From assembly GCA_035316885.1 (NCBI GenBank), contig DATHII010000038.1, positions 1 to 60,389 on the forward strand: a stretch of 60,389 bases of DNA. The letters are read 5' to 3'. The stretch is from Jiangellaceae bacterium (lineage in GTDB: Bacteria; Actinomycetota; Actinomycetes; Jiangellales; Jiangellaceae). The translations under genes and the position numbers were made by a program. Every line of letters starts with the position of its first letter. Positions within the stretch are counted from its first letter, which is position 1. Under the pieces are notes generated by a model. It worked only from the letters and a program-made list of their open reading frames with translations. It ran no database searches and was not told where the DNA came from. This document shows, in pieces, positions 1-7,949 of the stretch.

Positions 1-337
1 CACCCATGACCGTGCGGCGCGGCAGGGGAACCAGCGAGCCGCGAGTCCACAACCCCGCGTCGACCCGGGCCGGATGGACGAGGTCGCGACCGAGCCCGAC
101 AGCCCGGGCCAGGTCGACCGCCTCGGGACGGCGGTTGAGCAGCGACTCCGCGCCGAGGTCGACCGGAATACCGGCCACCTCGCCGATCCGCAGGTGGCCG
201 CCGACGATCGGCGCCTTGTCGAGAACCGTCACGCGCACGGCCCCTCCGGCGGCTTGCGACAGGAAGTACGCGGCAGCCAGTCCGCTGATACCGCCACCGA
301 CGACCACGACGTCGTGCGTCTGCTGGTCAGAGGTCAC
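1..337 (-). CDS. hemY: Protoporphyrinogen/coproporphyrinogen III oxidase, N-terminal part (runs off window edge)
   Basis: Minus-strand translation from GTG at 337 reads VTSDQQTHDVVVVGGGISGLAAAYFLSQAAGGAVRVTVLDKAPIVGGHLR..., an FAD GxGxxG Rossmann N-terminus typical of this oxidase. hemE lies on the same strand about 2 kb away. Confidence 0.75.
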   Translation of the reverse strand, partial: MTSDQQTHDVVVVGGGISGLAAAYFLSQAAGGAVRVTVLDKAPIVGGHLRIGEVAGIPVDLGAESLLNRRPEAVDLARAVGLGRDLVHPARVDAGLWTRGSLVPLPRRTVMG

Positions 338-447
338 AGGCCACTCTCCCAAACTGAGTCCCGATCGTGATCACAGCGTGCAAACCGGTGCCATCGGTGC
401 GCCGTCACACTCCCGACACCGGTCGCGGGCGAGGTGAGGAGACGATC

Positions 448-1317
448 ATGAGACGAGTTCTGGCGACGGTGGCCGCGGTGCTTGCCGTAGTGGTCATCGC
501 GAGCTGCTCCGCGGGCAATGGCGACGACAGCGGGGACGCCACGAGCGCGGGCTCGGGCGCTCAGGAGGCGTCCGACGGCGACTCCGCGGACGAGGGCGAG
601 GCCGGCGGCACCGACCAGGCCGCGCGGGTCGACCCGTCGCCCCGCGAGATCATCCACTACGTCGACCTCACCATCGCGGTGGACGACGTCGAGGCGGACG
701 CCCAGCGGGCCGCCGCGCTGGCCGAGACCTCGGGTGGGTACGTCGCCGACGAGAGCACCGACGGTGCCGAGTCCGCCACGCTCACCCTGCGGGTCCCGGC
801 CGACGGGCACACCCAGATCGTCGAGCAGCTCGAGCAGCTCGGCGAGGTCCGCAACCGCGGCCGCACCGCCCAGGACGTCACCAACGAGGTCGTCGACGTC
901 GACGCCCGGATCGCCTCGCAGCGGCGCAGCATCGACCGGATCCGGGTGCTGCTCGACCAGGCCGTCGACATCGACGACATCGTCCGGATCGAGTCCGAGC
1001 TGGCCAGCCGGGAGGCCGAGCTGGACTCCTTGCTGCAGCGGCAGGAGGAGCTGTCCGGGCTCACGTCGCTGGCCACGGTGACCGTCACCTTCGTCGCCAC
1101 CGGAGGCGGCGCGGACGACGCTCTCGACGCCGGCTTCCTCGGCGGCCTGGGCGCCGGCTGGAACGCGTTCGTCGGCGCCGCGAAGGTCGCCTCCGCCGTG
1201 GTGGGTGTCCTGCTCCCGTTCGCGTTGACGGCAGCCGTCCTCGGCGTCCCGTTGTGGTGGGGCCTCCGTCGGCGTCGACAACCCACGACCATGCCGACCG
1301 GCGCGGATCAGGCCTGA
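448..1317 (+). CDS. DUF4349-like lipoprotein
   Basis: Part of ORF 367-1317. ATG at 448 is preceded by GGTGAGGAG. Signal peptide MRRVLATVAAVLAVVVIASC has a lipobox. Central coiled region and C-terminal TM helices match the DUF4349 layout. Confidence 0.72.
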   Translation: MRRVLATVAAVLAVVVIASCSAGNGDDSGDATSAGSGAQEASDGDSADEGEAGGTDQAARVDPSPREIIHYVDLTIAVDDVEADAQRAAALAETSGGYVADESTDGAESATLTLRVPADGHTQIVEQLEQLGEVRNRGRTAQDVTNEVVDVDARIASQRRSIDRIRVLLDQAVDIDDIVRIESELASREAELDSLLQRQEELSGLTSLATVTVTFVATGGGADDALDAGFLGGLGAGWNAFVGAAKVASAVVGVLLPFALTAAVLGVPLWWGLRRRRQPTTMPTGADQA

Positions 1318-1452
1318 CCGCGGTGGCTGTACCGGTGCTGGTACGTCACACGGCTCTCGGGGTCAACCCGGAGGCTTCGGCGCGAAGCTTCCTGGTGTTC
1401 TCAGGGAGCCTCCCGATGTTCGGGCGCGGACCCGCACAGCAGGCTGTCCAAC

Positions 1453-2455
1453 ATGCCTCCACTTCGTCGCACCGCACCTCCGCGCCGTCCTGTCCTGCTG
1501 CGCTGGTTCTTGCGCCTGACCGCCCTCGGTGCGGTGGACGACGAGGGCCGCCGCGTATTCCGGCTGACTGCGCAGGAGGGGCGGACCGAGCTGCTGCCCG
1601 GTACGACGAGCAGCACGTGGGGGTTCAACGGTCCTATCTCGGCCCGACGTTGCGCGCCGCGCGTGGGGAGCAGGTCGTGGTGGAGGTGACCAACGAGCTC
1701 GACGAGGACACCAGCGTCCACGGGCACGGCATGCACCTGCCCGCCGAGATGGACGACGGGCCACACCAACCGGTTGCTCCGGGCGAGACGTGGGAGCCGA
1801 CGTGGACGATCGACCAGCCCGCGGCGTCGTTGTGGTACCACCCGCACCCTCACGGTGAGACCGAGCGGCACGTCTACCGCGGCTTGGCCGGGATGTTCAT
1901 CGTGGACGATCCCGACAGCCCGATCGCCGAGGTGCTGCCCCATGAGTACGGCGTGGACGACATCCCGGTGATCGTGCAGGACAAGACCTCGCCCGAGGTG
2001 CCCGACGCGCTCGCACCGGCGCCCGACCTCGATGTCGCCGACCGGGCGTGGATCGCCGCTTCGAGCTCTCGGGTCGCCAGATCAACGGCCAGGAGATGGA
2101 CATCGCCCGCGTCGACGAGGTGGTCGAGCTCGGCAGTACCGAGGTGTGGGAGGTGCACAACCGAGACGGGGTCCAGCACAACTTCCACGTCCACGACGTG
2201 CAGTTCCAGGTGCTGTCCATCGACGGTGCGGCACCGCCGGCGGAGTTGGCCGGCTGGAAGGACACGATCTTCATGCGGCCGGGTACAACGGTCAAGATCG
2301 CGATGCGGTTCACCGACTACGCCGACCCGGACACGCCGTACATGTACCACTGCCACCTGCTCATGCACGAGGACCGGGGAATGATGGGCCAGTTTGTCGT
2401 CACCGAGCCCGGTCAAGTCGCCGCCGACTCGATCGACGACCACCACGACCACTGA
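1453..2455 (+). pseudogene. CueO-type multicopper oxidase remnant (at least 2 frameshifts, middle cupredoxin domain missing)
   Basis: Consecutive pieces sit in three frames. ORF 1453-1689 carries ..FRLTAQEGRTELLPGTTSSTWGFNG. ORF 1254-2384 carries YLGPTLRAARGEQVVVEVTNELDEDTSVHGHGMHLP..WYHPHPHG..GVDDIPVIVQDKT. ORF 2048-2455 carries ..WEVHNRDGVQHNFHVHDVQFQVL..YMYHCHLLMHEDRGMMGQFVV. Copper-ligand motifs are present, but total length is about 330 codons versus about 500 for CueO. Confidence 0.6.
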
Positions 2456-2486
2456 GCCGGGATCGGGGTGGAAGGGAGGTGATCGA

Positions 2487-3554
2487 TCAGGCCCGACCAG
2501 AGTGCAGGGTCTCGACCACTCGGGCGAGCACGTCGGGGTCGGCCGAAGGTGGCACCCCGTGACCGAGGTTGAACACGTGCCCTGAGGCCGCGCGTCCCTC
2601 GGCGACGACCCGCCGCACCTCGCGCTCGACCACCGGCCATGGTGCGCCGAGGATCGCCGGGTCGAGGTTGCCCTGTAGTGCCTTCCCCGGCACCCGGCGA
2701 GCCGCCTCGTCCAGTGGCACGCGCCAGTCGACGCCCACGACGTCGGCGCCGGCCGCGCCCATCAGCGCAAGCAACTCGCCGGTGCCGACGCCGAAATGGA
2801 TCCGCGGCACCCCGAGATCGGCGACTGCCGACAGCACCGTGCTGCTGTGCGGCAGCACGTACGTCTCGTAGTCCACGGCCGACAGCGCGCCGGCCCACGA
2901 GTCGAACAACTGCACCACCCTGGCCCCGGACAGGACCTGGACCCGTAGGAACTGCGCGGAGATCGCCGCGATGCGCGCCATCAGTTCGTGCCACAGGTCG
3001 GGCTCGCCGAGCATGAGGGCCTTGGTCCGCTCGTGCGTACGCGACGGGCCGCCTTCGACCAGGTAGGACGCCAGCGTGAAGGGTGCGCCGGCGAACCCGA
3101 TCAGCGGGGTGTCGCCGAGTTCGTCGACCAGCGCACCGACCGCCTGGGACACGTAGACCACGTCCGCGGGTTCGAGGGGACGCAGCACGTCGAGGTCGGC
3201 CACGGTCCGGATCGGGTGCTCCACGACCGGCCCGACGCCCTGGACGATGTCCACCCCGACCCCGACGGCGTACAGGGGCAGGACGATGTCCGAGAACAGG
3301 ATCGCCGCGTCGACGCCGTAGCGGCGAAGCGGTTGGAGGGTGATCTCGACGACCATGTCCGGCCGGGTGCACGACTCGAGCATCGGCACGCCGTCGCGGA
3401 GCTTGCGGTACTCCGGGAGCGACCGCCCGGCCTGGCGCATGAACCACACCGGCGGGCGGGCGAGCGGCTCGCCGCGGCAGGCGCGCAGCAGCAGGGCGTC
3501 CTCGCTCACCGTCCGATCGTCGCACGGGCGCGCCTTCCCCCCGCTGTCCGGCAC
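2487..3554 (-). CDS. hemE: Uroporphyrinogen decarboxylase
   Basis: ORF 2487-3554, 355 aa. Contains [20 protein letters not shown] and the other family hallmarks throughout. GTG start at 3554; an alternative GTG lies at 3509. Confidence 0.93.
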   Translation of the reverse strand: MPDSGGKARPCDDRTVSEDALLLRACRGEPLARPPVWFMRQAGRSLPEYRKLRDGVPMLESCTRPDMVVEITLQPLRRYGVDAAILFSDIVLPLYAVGVGVDIVQGVGPVVEHPIRTVADLDVLRPLEPADVVYVSQAVGALVDELGDTPLIGFAGAPFTLASYLVEGGPSRTHERTKALMLGEPDLWHELMARIAAISAQFLRVQVLSGARVVQLFDSWAGALSAVDYETYVLPHSSTVLSAVADLGVPRIHFGVGTGELLALMGAAGADVVGVDWRVPLDEAARRVPGKALQGNLDPAILGAPWPVVEREVRRVVAEGRAASGHVFNLGHGVPPSADPDVLARVVETLHSGRA

Positions 3555-3572
3555 CGGTCGTACGCTGCCCGG

Positions 3573-4175
3573 GTGGCACCGAGTAACGGCCCCGACCGCA
3601 CAGAAGCCGGCAATGAGGCCGGCACGCCGACCGCCTTCGTCCAGGCGGTGGCGTCATTGCGCTCGGCGCGGCTGCGGCCCGAGGTCGAGGTCGACGTGAC
3701 GCCGGCGCCGAAGCGGCTCGCGCCGCACGCGTTCGCCCTCACCGCCGAGGTGACCGGGCAAGCGACGTCCGGGCGACTCGTGCTGTTGCACGACCCACTC
3801 GGGCCCGAGGCGTGGCACGGGCAGTTCCGTCTGGTCACCTACGTCCGTGCCGCGCTGGAGGCCGAGATGGCCGCCGATCCGCTGGTGCTGGGCGTCGGCT
3901 GGGCGTGGCTCACCGAGGCGCTGGCCGGGCGGGCGGCGCCGTACACCGGGGCCAGCGGCACCATCACCCGCGTCGCGTCGGAGTCCTTCGGCGGCATGGC
4001 GGCCGAGCCGGCCACGGCCGAGATCGAGATCCGCGCCTCGTGGACGCCGCTCGACACCGACCTGGCTCCGCACGCACTCGCCTGGGGCGACGTGCTGACG
4101 ATGGCCGCCGGCCTGGCCCCGCTTCCGGCGGGCGTCGTGGCGATCCCGTCGCCGCGGGGTGGGCCAGGCCGGTGA
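3573..4175 (+). CDS. DUF3000 family protein
   Basis: C-terminal 200 codons of ORF 2988-4175, GTG at 3573. Motifs: [62 protein letters not shown]. It sits between hemE and rnd as in other actinobacteria. Confidence 0.8.
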   Translation: MAPSNGPDRTEAGNEAGTPTAFVQAVASLRSARLRPEVEVDVTPAPKRLAPHAFALTAEVTGQATSGRLVLLHDPLGPEAWHGQFRLVTYVRAALEAEMAADPLVLGVGWAWLTEALAGRAAPYTGASGTITRVASESFGGMAAEPATAEIEIRASWTPLDTDLAPHALAWGDVLTMAAGLAPLPAGVVAIPSPRGGPGR

Positions 4176-5383
4176 CCGAGCCGCCCGTCCCCCTGCTCGA
4201 TCCGCGAGAGGGGTTGCCGCCGGTCGTCGCCGACGCCGAGGTCCTCGCCGACACGATCATGGCCTTCGGCACCGCCACCGGCCCGGTCGCGGTCGATGCG
4301 GAGCGGGCCTCCGGGTACCGGTACGGCCACCGCGCGTACCTCGTCCAGGTCCGCCGGGTGGGTGCGGGGACGGCCCTGATCGACCCCCTCAAGTGCCCGG
4401 ATCTCTCCGCTCTGGGTGCGGCGCTTGCCGACGCTGAGTGGGTGCTGCATGCGGCCAGCCAGGACCTACCGTGCCTGGCCGAGATCGGCATGCGTCCGGT
4501 CCGGTTGTTCGACACCGAGCTGGCCGGGCGGCTGCTCGGTCATCCGAGGGTCGGGCTCGCCCCACTCGTCGAGAGCGTGCTGGGGTATGCGCTGGAGAAG
4601 GGCCACTCGGCTGCGGACTGGTCCACCCGGCCGCTGCCCGAGCCGTGGCTGCGCTACGCCGCGCTCGACGTCGAACTTCTGATCGAGCTCCGCGACGCGC
4701 TGGACGGGCAGCTGCGCGAGACCGGAAAGCTCGGCTGGGCCCGCGAGGAGTTCGAGACGCTCGCAGCGTCCCGGCCGCCCGAGCCGCGTTCCGACCCGTG
4801 GCGGCGCACCTCGGGGCTGCACCGGGTCCGCGACCGGCGGCGGCTCGCGGCCGTTCGCGAGCTGTGGCTCGAACGCGACCGGCTCGCGCGCCGCCGCGAC
4901 CTGTGCCCCGGCCGTGTGCTTCCGGACGCCGCCATCGTCGAAGCGGCCCTCGCCATGCCGAAGGGACCCGCCGAGTTGGCGACCCTGCCGGTGTTCCGGG
5001 GGCGGGCCCAGCGACGCGAGTCCGACCGCTGGGCCAGGGCCATCGAGCGGGCCCGAGCGACGGCCGACACCGACCTGCCTGCGCTGGCACCGCGCTACGA
5101 CGGGCCCCCGCCGGCCCGGTCGTGGCCCTCTCGGGAGCCCGCCGCCGCCGCGCGGCTGACCGCGGCCCGAGCCGCGGTCGCGGAGATCGCCGAGGCGCAC
5201 GGACTGCCGGTCGAGAACCTGCTCGCCCCCGAGACCTTGCGCCGCGCGGCGTGGACGCCCCCCGACCCGCTGTCCGAGGACGCGGTGGCCGCGGCCTTCC
5301 GCGACCGCGGTGCCCGCGACTGGCAGGTGCGGCTCACCGCCGGGCCGGTCCGCGACGCGTTCGCGGCAGTTCCAGCGGCGTGA
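4172..5383 (+). CDS. rnd: RNase D-like 3'-5' exonuclease with HRDC domain
   Basis: Part of ORF 3812-5383. GTG at 4172 overlaps the DUF3000 stop (GTGA). DEDDy exonuclease motifs VAVDAERASGYRY, LHAASQDLPCL, YAALDVELL, followed by an HRDC-like segment. Confidence 0.85.
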   Translation: MTEPPVPLLDPREGLPPVVADAEVLADTIMAFGTATGPVAVDAERASGYRYGHRAYLVQVRRVGAGTALIDPLKCPDLSALGAALADAEWVLHAASQDLPCLAEIGMRPVRLFDTELAGRLLGHPRVGLAPLVESVLGYALEKGHSAADWSTRPLPEPWLRYAALDVELLIELRDALDGQLRETGKLGWAREEFETLAASRPPEPRSDPWRRTSGLHRVRDRRRLAAVRELWLERDRLARRRDLCPGRVLPDAAIVEAALAMPKGPAELATLPVFRGRAQRRESDRWARAIERARATADTDLPALAPRYDGPPPARSWPSREPAAAARLTAARAAVAEIAEAHGLPVENLLAPETLRRAAWTPPDPLSEDAVAAAFRDRGARDWQVRLTAGPVRDAFAAVPAA

Positions 5384-5407
5384 CCACCGGTCACGCCGTG
5401 CCAGAGG

Positions 5408-5566
5408 TCACTCAGGGGCAGAACCGGAGCCAGAACCGGAGCCGGAGCCCGAGCCAGAACCGGAGCCCGAGTCCGACCCGTCGTCGGAGCAGCCGGCCAG
5501 CCCGAGGGCGAGCACCGCGACGGTGGTTGCGACCCAGTTGACCGCACGGGAGCGGGGACGATTCAT
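5408..5566 (-). CDS. 52-aa mini-lipoprotein with (Ser-Gly)8 tail
   Basis: Tail of ORF 5408-5974: MNRPRSRAVNWVATTVAVLALGLAGCSDDGSDSGSGSGSGSGSGSGSGSAPE. It has a basic n-region, a hydrophobic core and lipobox LAGC. Its ATG overlaps the stop of the upstream GT-C-like gene (ATGA). Confidence 0.5.
   Translation of the reverse strand: MNRPRSRAVNWVATTVAVLALGLAGCSDDGSDSGSGSGSGSGSGSGSGSAPE
5420..5470. repeat. Imperfect 6/12-nt tandem repeat (AGAACCGGAGCC-like units) encoding the Ser-Gly run
   Basis: Read directly: agaaccggagcc agaaccggagcc ggagcc cgagcc agaaccggagcc cga. Confidence 0.85.
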
Positions 5567-6987
5567 GAGACGGAGATCCTCTCTCTGTGACGCTCCACGT
5601 CCGGCAGCCGACGAGGACGCGCCGTGCGCGCACCCGCAAGCAGCAGGACGAGGACGACGGCTACCCACCCGATGTGGAGCAGCCAGAACCCGGGCCAGTC
5701 GGCCCGGTAGTCGGGAAATACCGGGCGCAGTACCTGGTACAGGGGGTCGTCGACGAACTCGAAGCCGACCACCCAGGTGATCTCGCGGGACCAACCGTCG
5801 ACCAGGAGGACACCCAGGTGGACGACGCCGAGCAGTCCCAGCGCCAGCGCCGCGGGCTGCAAGCGCGGCACAATCCGGCCGAGCCACCAGAGCACAGCCA
5901 GCGCCGCGAGCGGCAGGACGACGACGACCTGGCGGCCCGGCCACCAGTAGCCGTGCATGGTCAGTGCCACCCATGTCGCCACGGCCCAGCCGGTCAGCAA
6001 CGGCACGACGACGACAGCGGCGCGGTACCGGGCGCTACGCGCACCCCAGACGCAGAGTGCGGCCACCGCGGGCACCACGAGCAACCAGGCCGGCTGCCAC
6101 GCGACCAGTCCGTAGGCGCGATCGACGAACAGGGCGACCAGGCGCAGCGACCGTCCCAGATAGTCGGGCTGCACACCCACGACCGAGAACTCGCCGGTCT
6201 GGGTGAAGTGGTCACCGGTCGAATAGACCGTCCAGCCGCCCCAGACCAGCCGGTGCACGAGCAGGTAGAGCGCGCCGGAGGCGGCCAGGCCGCCCGACAG
6301 CCCCGTGACCGCACGCGGGCGGCCGTCGTGGACCAACCGGACGAGGACGACCGCCACCAGCGCCGCGGCCACGGGCAGGTACTTGACCCCGAGCCAGGGC
6401 AGCGCCGTCACCGCGACCACGAGACCGGCCAGCGCCGGTCGCCGCAGCGGCCCGGTGGCGAGAGCGACACCGGCGAGCAACGCCAGCGCCGCCGGCAGCT
6501 CTGGGTACACCTGCTGGCCGTAGACCGCCAGTGGCGGTGACGCGCCGGCCAGGGCCGCGCCCGCACCGGCCACGGTCACGGGAACGCCGAAGCGTCGGAC
6601 CGCGACCCACACGAGCAGCGCCGAGGTCGCAGCGGCCAGCAAGGACAGCGCCACCTTCGCGCCGACCCACCCGCCGAGCCCCACCGGCGCGGCCAGCAGG
6701 ATCGGGAGCAGCGGGTCGTGCGGGCTGAGTCGGCGGCCCTCGTCGAGTGGGCTCGTCTGCATGGGCAGCTCGGCGTCGAAGAAGTTGCGGTATCGCTGTC
6801 CGGCCAACTCGTCGGCAATGTCGAGATCGCCGTCCTCCCACACGGAGACGGCGGTGAGCAGGTACTGGGGCTCGTCGACAGCCGCGTGCCCGCCGTAGGT
6901 GGCCCGGACGCCGATGCCGAGCAGCGCCGCGACAAATGTCGCGACGGCCGCGGCGGCCATCGCGACCTGCAGGCGCCGCGTATTCAC
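5563..6987 (-). CDS. Polytopic membrane protein, GT-C-like glycosyltransferase candidate
   Basis: Last 474 codons of ORF 5563-7440. GTG at 6987 overlaps the epimerase stop (GTGA). About 12 hydrophobic helices. An acidic DEPQY motif follows the first helix, as in GT-C/ArnT/PMT-type enzymes. Confidence 0.6.
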   Translation of the reverse strand: MNTRRLQVAMAAAAVATFVAALLGIGVRATYGGHAAVDEPQYLLTAVSVWEDGDLDIADELAGQRYRNFFDAELPMQTSPLDEGRRLSPHDPLLPILLAAPVGLGGWVGAKVALSLLAAATSALLVWVAVRRFGVPVTVAGAGAALAGASPPLAVYGQQVYPELPAALALLAGVALATGPLRRPALAGLVVAVTALPWLGVKYLPVAAALVAVVLVRLVHDGRPRAVTGLSGGLAASGALYLLVHRLVWGGWTVYSTGDHFTQTGEFSVVGVQPDYLGRSLRLVALFVDRAYGLVAWQPAWLLVVPAVAALCVWGARSARYRAAVVVVPLLTGWAVATWVALTMHGYWWPGRQVVVVLPLAALAVLWWLGRIVPRLQPAALALGLLGVVHLGVLLVDGWSREITWVVGFEFVDDPLYQVLRPVFPDYRADWPGFWLLHIGWVAVVLVLLLAGARTARPRRLPDVERHRERISVS

Positions 6988-7877
6988 CCGACCGCCTCGA
7001 GCATCGGGATCCTGGCAACGCGCGCGACGGCGTCGACCAGGTCGGTGGCGGCGAGGATCCCGGTCAGCTCGGCCAGGCGTGTCGGGTCCGCCCACGTGTC
7101 GGGCACCTCCTCGGGTGCCGCGGGGACGACCTCGACCACGGGCTCGGTGCCCAGGACGGTCCCGACCGCGTCCACCGCCTCGCGCAGGGTGCGCGGCGAA
7201 CCGCTGCCGACGTTGACCACCCCGGTGGCGCCGGGCAGGACGGCCAAGGCGCGGGCGACCCCCCGCACGTCGGTGAAGTCCCTGGTGCGCTCGAGGCTGC
7301 CGATCACCCGCAGCGGGCGGCCCTGTCGTGCGGCGGCGACCCACCGCGACAGCGCCATGTCCGGCCGCTGTCCCTCGCCGACCACCGTGAACGGTCGGGC
7401 GATCACCAGTGGCGCACCGGCCGCGATCCGGCCCGCGCACACCTGCTCCGCGCGGACCTTGCTGGCGGCGTACCCGCCGACCGGGTGGCAGGGATCCTCC
7501 TCACGGCTGGCGCGGCTGTACCGGGCACCGCCGTACACCGAGGACGACGATGCCACGACGACCGGGACGTCGACCGGCGTGGCCATGAGGAGGGCGCGCG
7601 TCGCGTCGACGTTGTCCCGTTGCCGGCGCCGCTCCACACCGGGCGCATGGTCGCGCACGCCGGGACACCCGGCCAGGTGGATGACCGCATCGGCCATTCG
7701 AAGGGCCGCCAGCGTCGCCGGGTGGCCGTCGCACAGGTCGGCCTGCACGGATACGACGCCGCCCGGCCGGACGACGGGCCGCCGGTCGATCGCGACGACC
7801 CGCTGGCCGCTCCCGAGCAGGTGCGACACGATCGCGCTACCGACGAAGCCGGCGGCTCCCGTGACGACGACGGGCAT
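6984..7877 (-). CDS. NAD-dependent epimerase/dehydratase (extended SDR)
   Basis: ORF 6984-7877. MPVVVTGAAGFVGSAIVSHLL carries the GxxGxxG motif. A YAASK catalytic motif (YxxxK) is present. Confidence 0.87.
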   Translation of the reverse strand: MPVVVTGAAGFVGSAIVSHLLGSGQRVVAIDRRPVVRPGGVVSVQADLCDGHPATLAALRMADAVIHLAGCPGVRDHAPGVERRRQRDNVDATRALLMATPVDVPVVVASSSSVYGGARYSRASREEDPCHPVGGYAASKVRAEQVCAGRIAAGAPLVIARPFTVVGEGQRPDMALSRWVAAARQGRPLRVIGSLERTRDFTDVRGVARALAVLPGATGVVNVGSGSPRTLREAVDAVGTVLGTEPVVEVVPAAPEEVPDTWADPTRLAELTGILAATDLVDAVARVARIPMLEAVG

Positions 7878-7904
7878 CGGCGTGACCCTCCTCGGGCGCG
7901 ATAC

Positions 7905-7923
7905 TCAGGTAAGGCTCACCAAA
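7905..7923. promoter_or_regulatory. Candidate DtxR/IdeR iron box 1a
   Basis: TCAGGTAAGGCTCACCAAA. Hand count gives 16/19 against the Streptomyces-type box TTAGGTTAGGCTCACCTAA and 15/19 against TTAGGTTAGGCTAACCTAA. It lies in the 72-nt divergent gap between the epimerase operon and the GT2 gene. Confidence 0.5.
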
Positions 7924-7929
7924 CTCGGG

Positions 7930-7948
7930 GTAGGTTAGCCTTACCTGC
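7930..7948. promoter_or_regulatory. Candidate DtxR/IdeR iron box 1b
   Basis: GTAGGTTAGCCTTACCTGC, 15/19 against TTAGGTTAGCCTAACCTAA by hand count. It ends 2 nt before the GTG of the GT2 gene. Its arm AGCCTTACCT (7937-7946) is the perfect reverse complement of AGGTAAGGCT (7907-7916). Confidence 0.5.
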
Positions 7949-7949
7949 C

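Noticed and set aside
334-1281. 315-aa minus-strand ORF, and similar overlapping ORFs at 518-1081 and 657-1292
   Set aside because: These are shadows of the DUF4349 gene. They have no signal peptide or motif, and the plus-strand frame shows a clear lipoprotein architecture.
1625-1645. Frameshift in the multicopper oxidase considered as programmed ribosomal frameshifting
   Set aside because: A second shift and loss of the whole middle domain show the gene is degraded. No slippery heptamer was evident at the junction.
5420-5470. Short tandem repeat considered as a CRISPR or minisatellite
   Set aside because: The units are only 6-12 nt with no spacers. The repeat lies in frame within a small ORF and simply encodes a Ser-Gly run.
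7907-7946. 10-bp perfect inverted repeat considered as a transcription terminator
   Set aside because: It lies between two divergent start codons, so nothing terminates there. The arms match iron-box half-sites, and an operator reading is more plausible.
6936-7949. Upstream part of ORF 6936-9839 (967 aa)
   Set aside because: It is antisense to the epimerase gene and crosses the promoter gap. The membrane/GT2 protein starts at GTG 7950.
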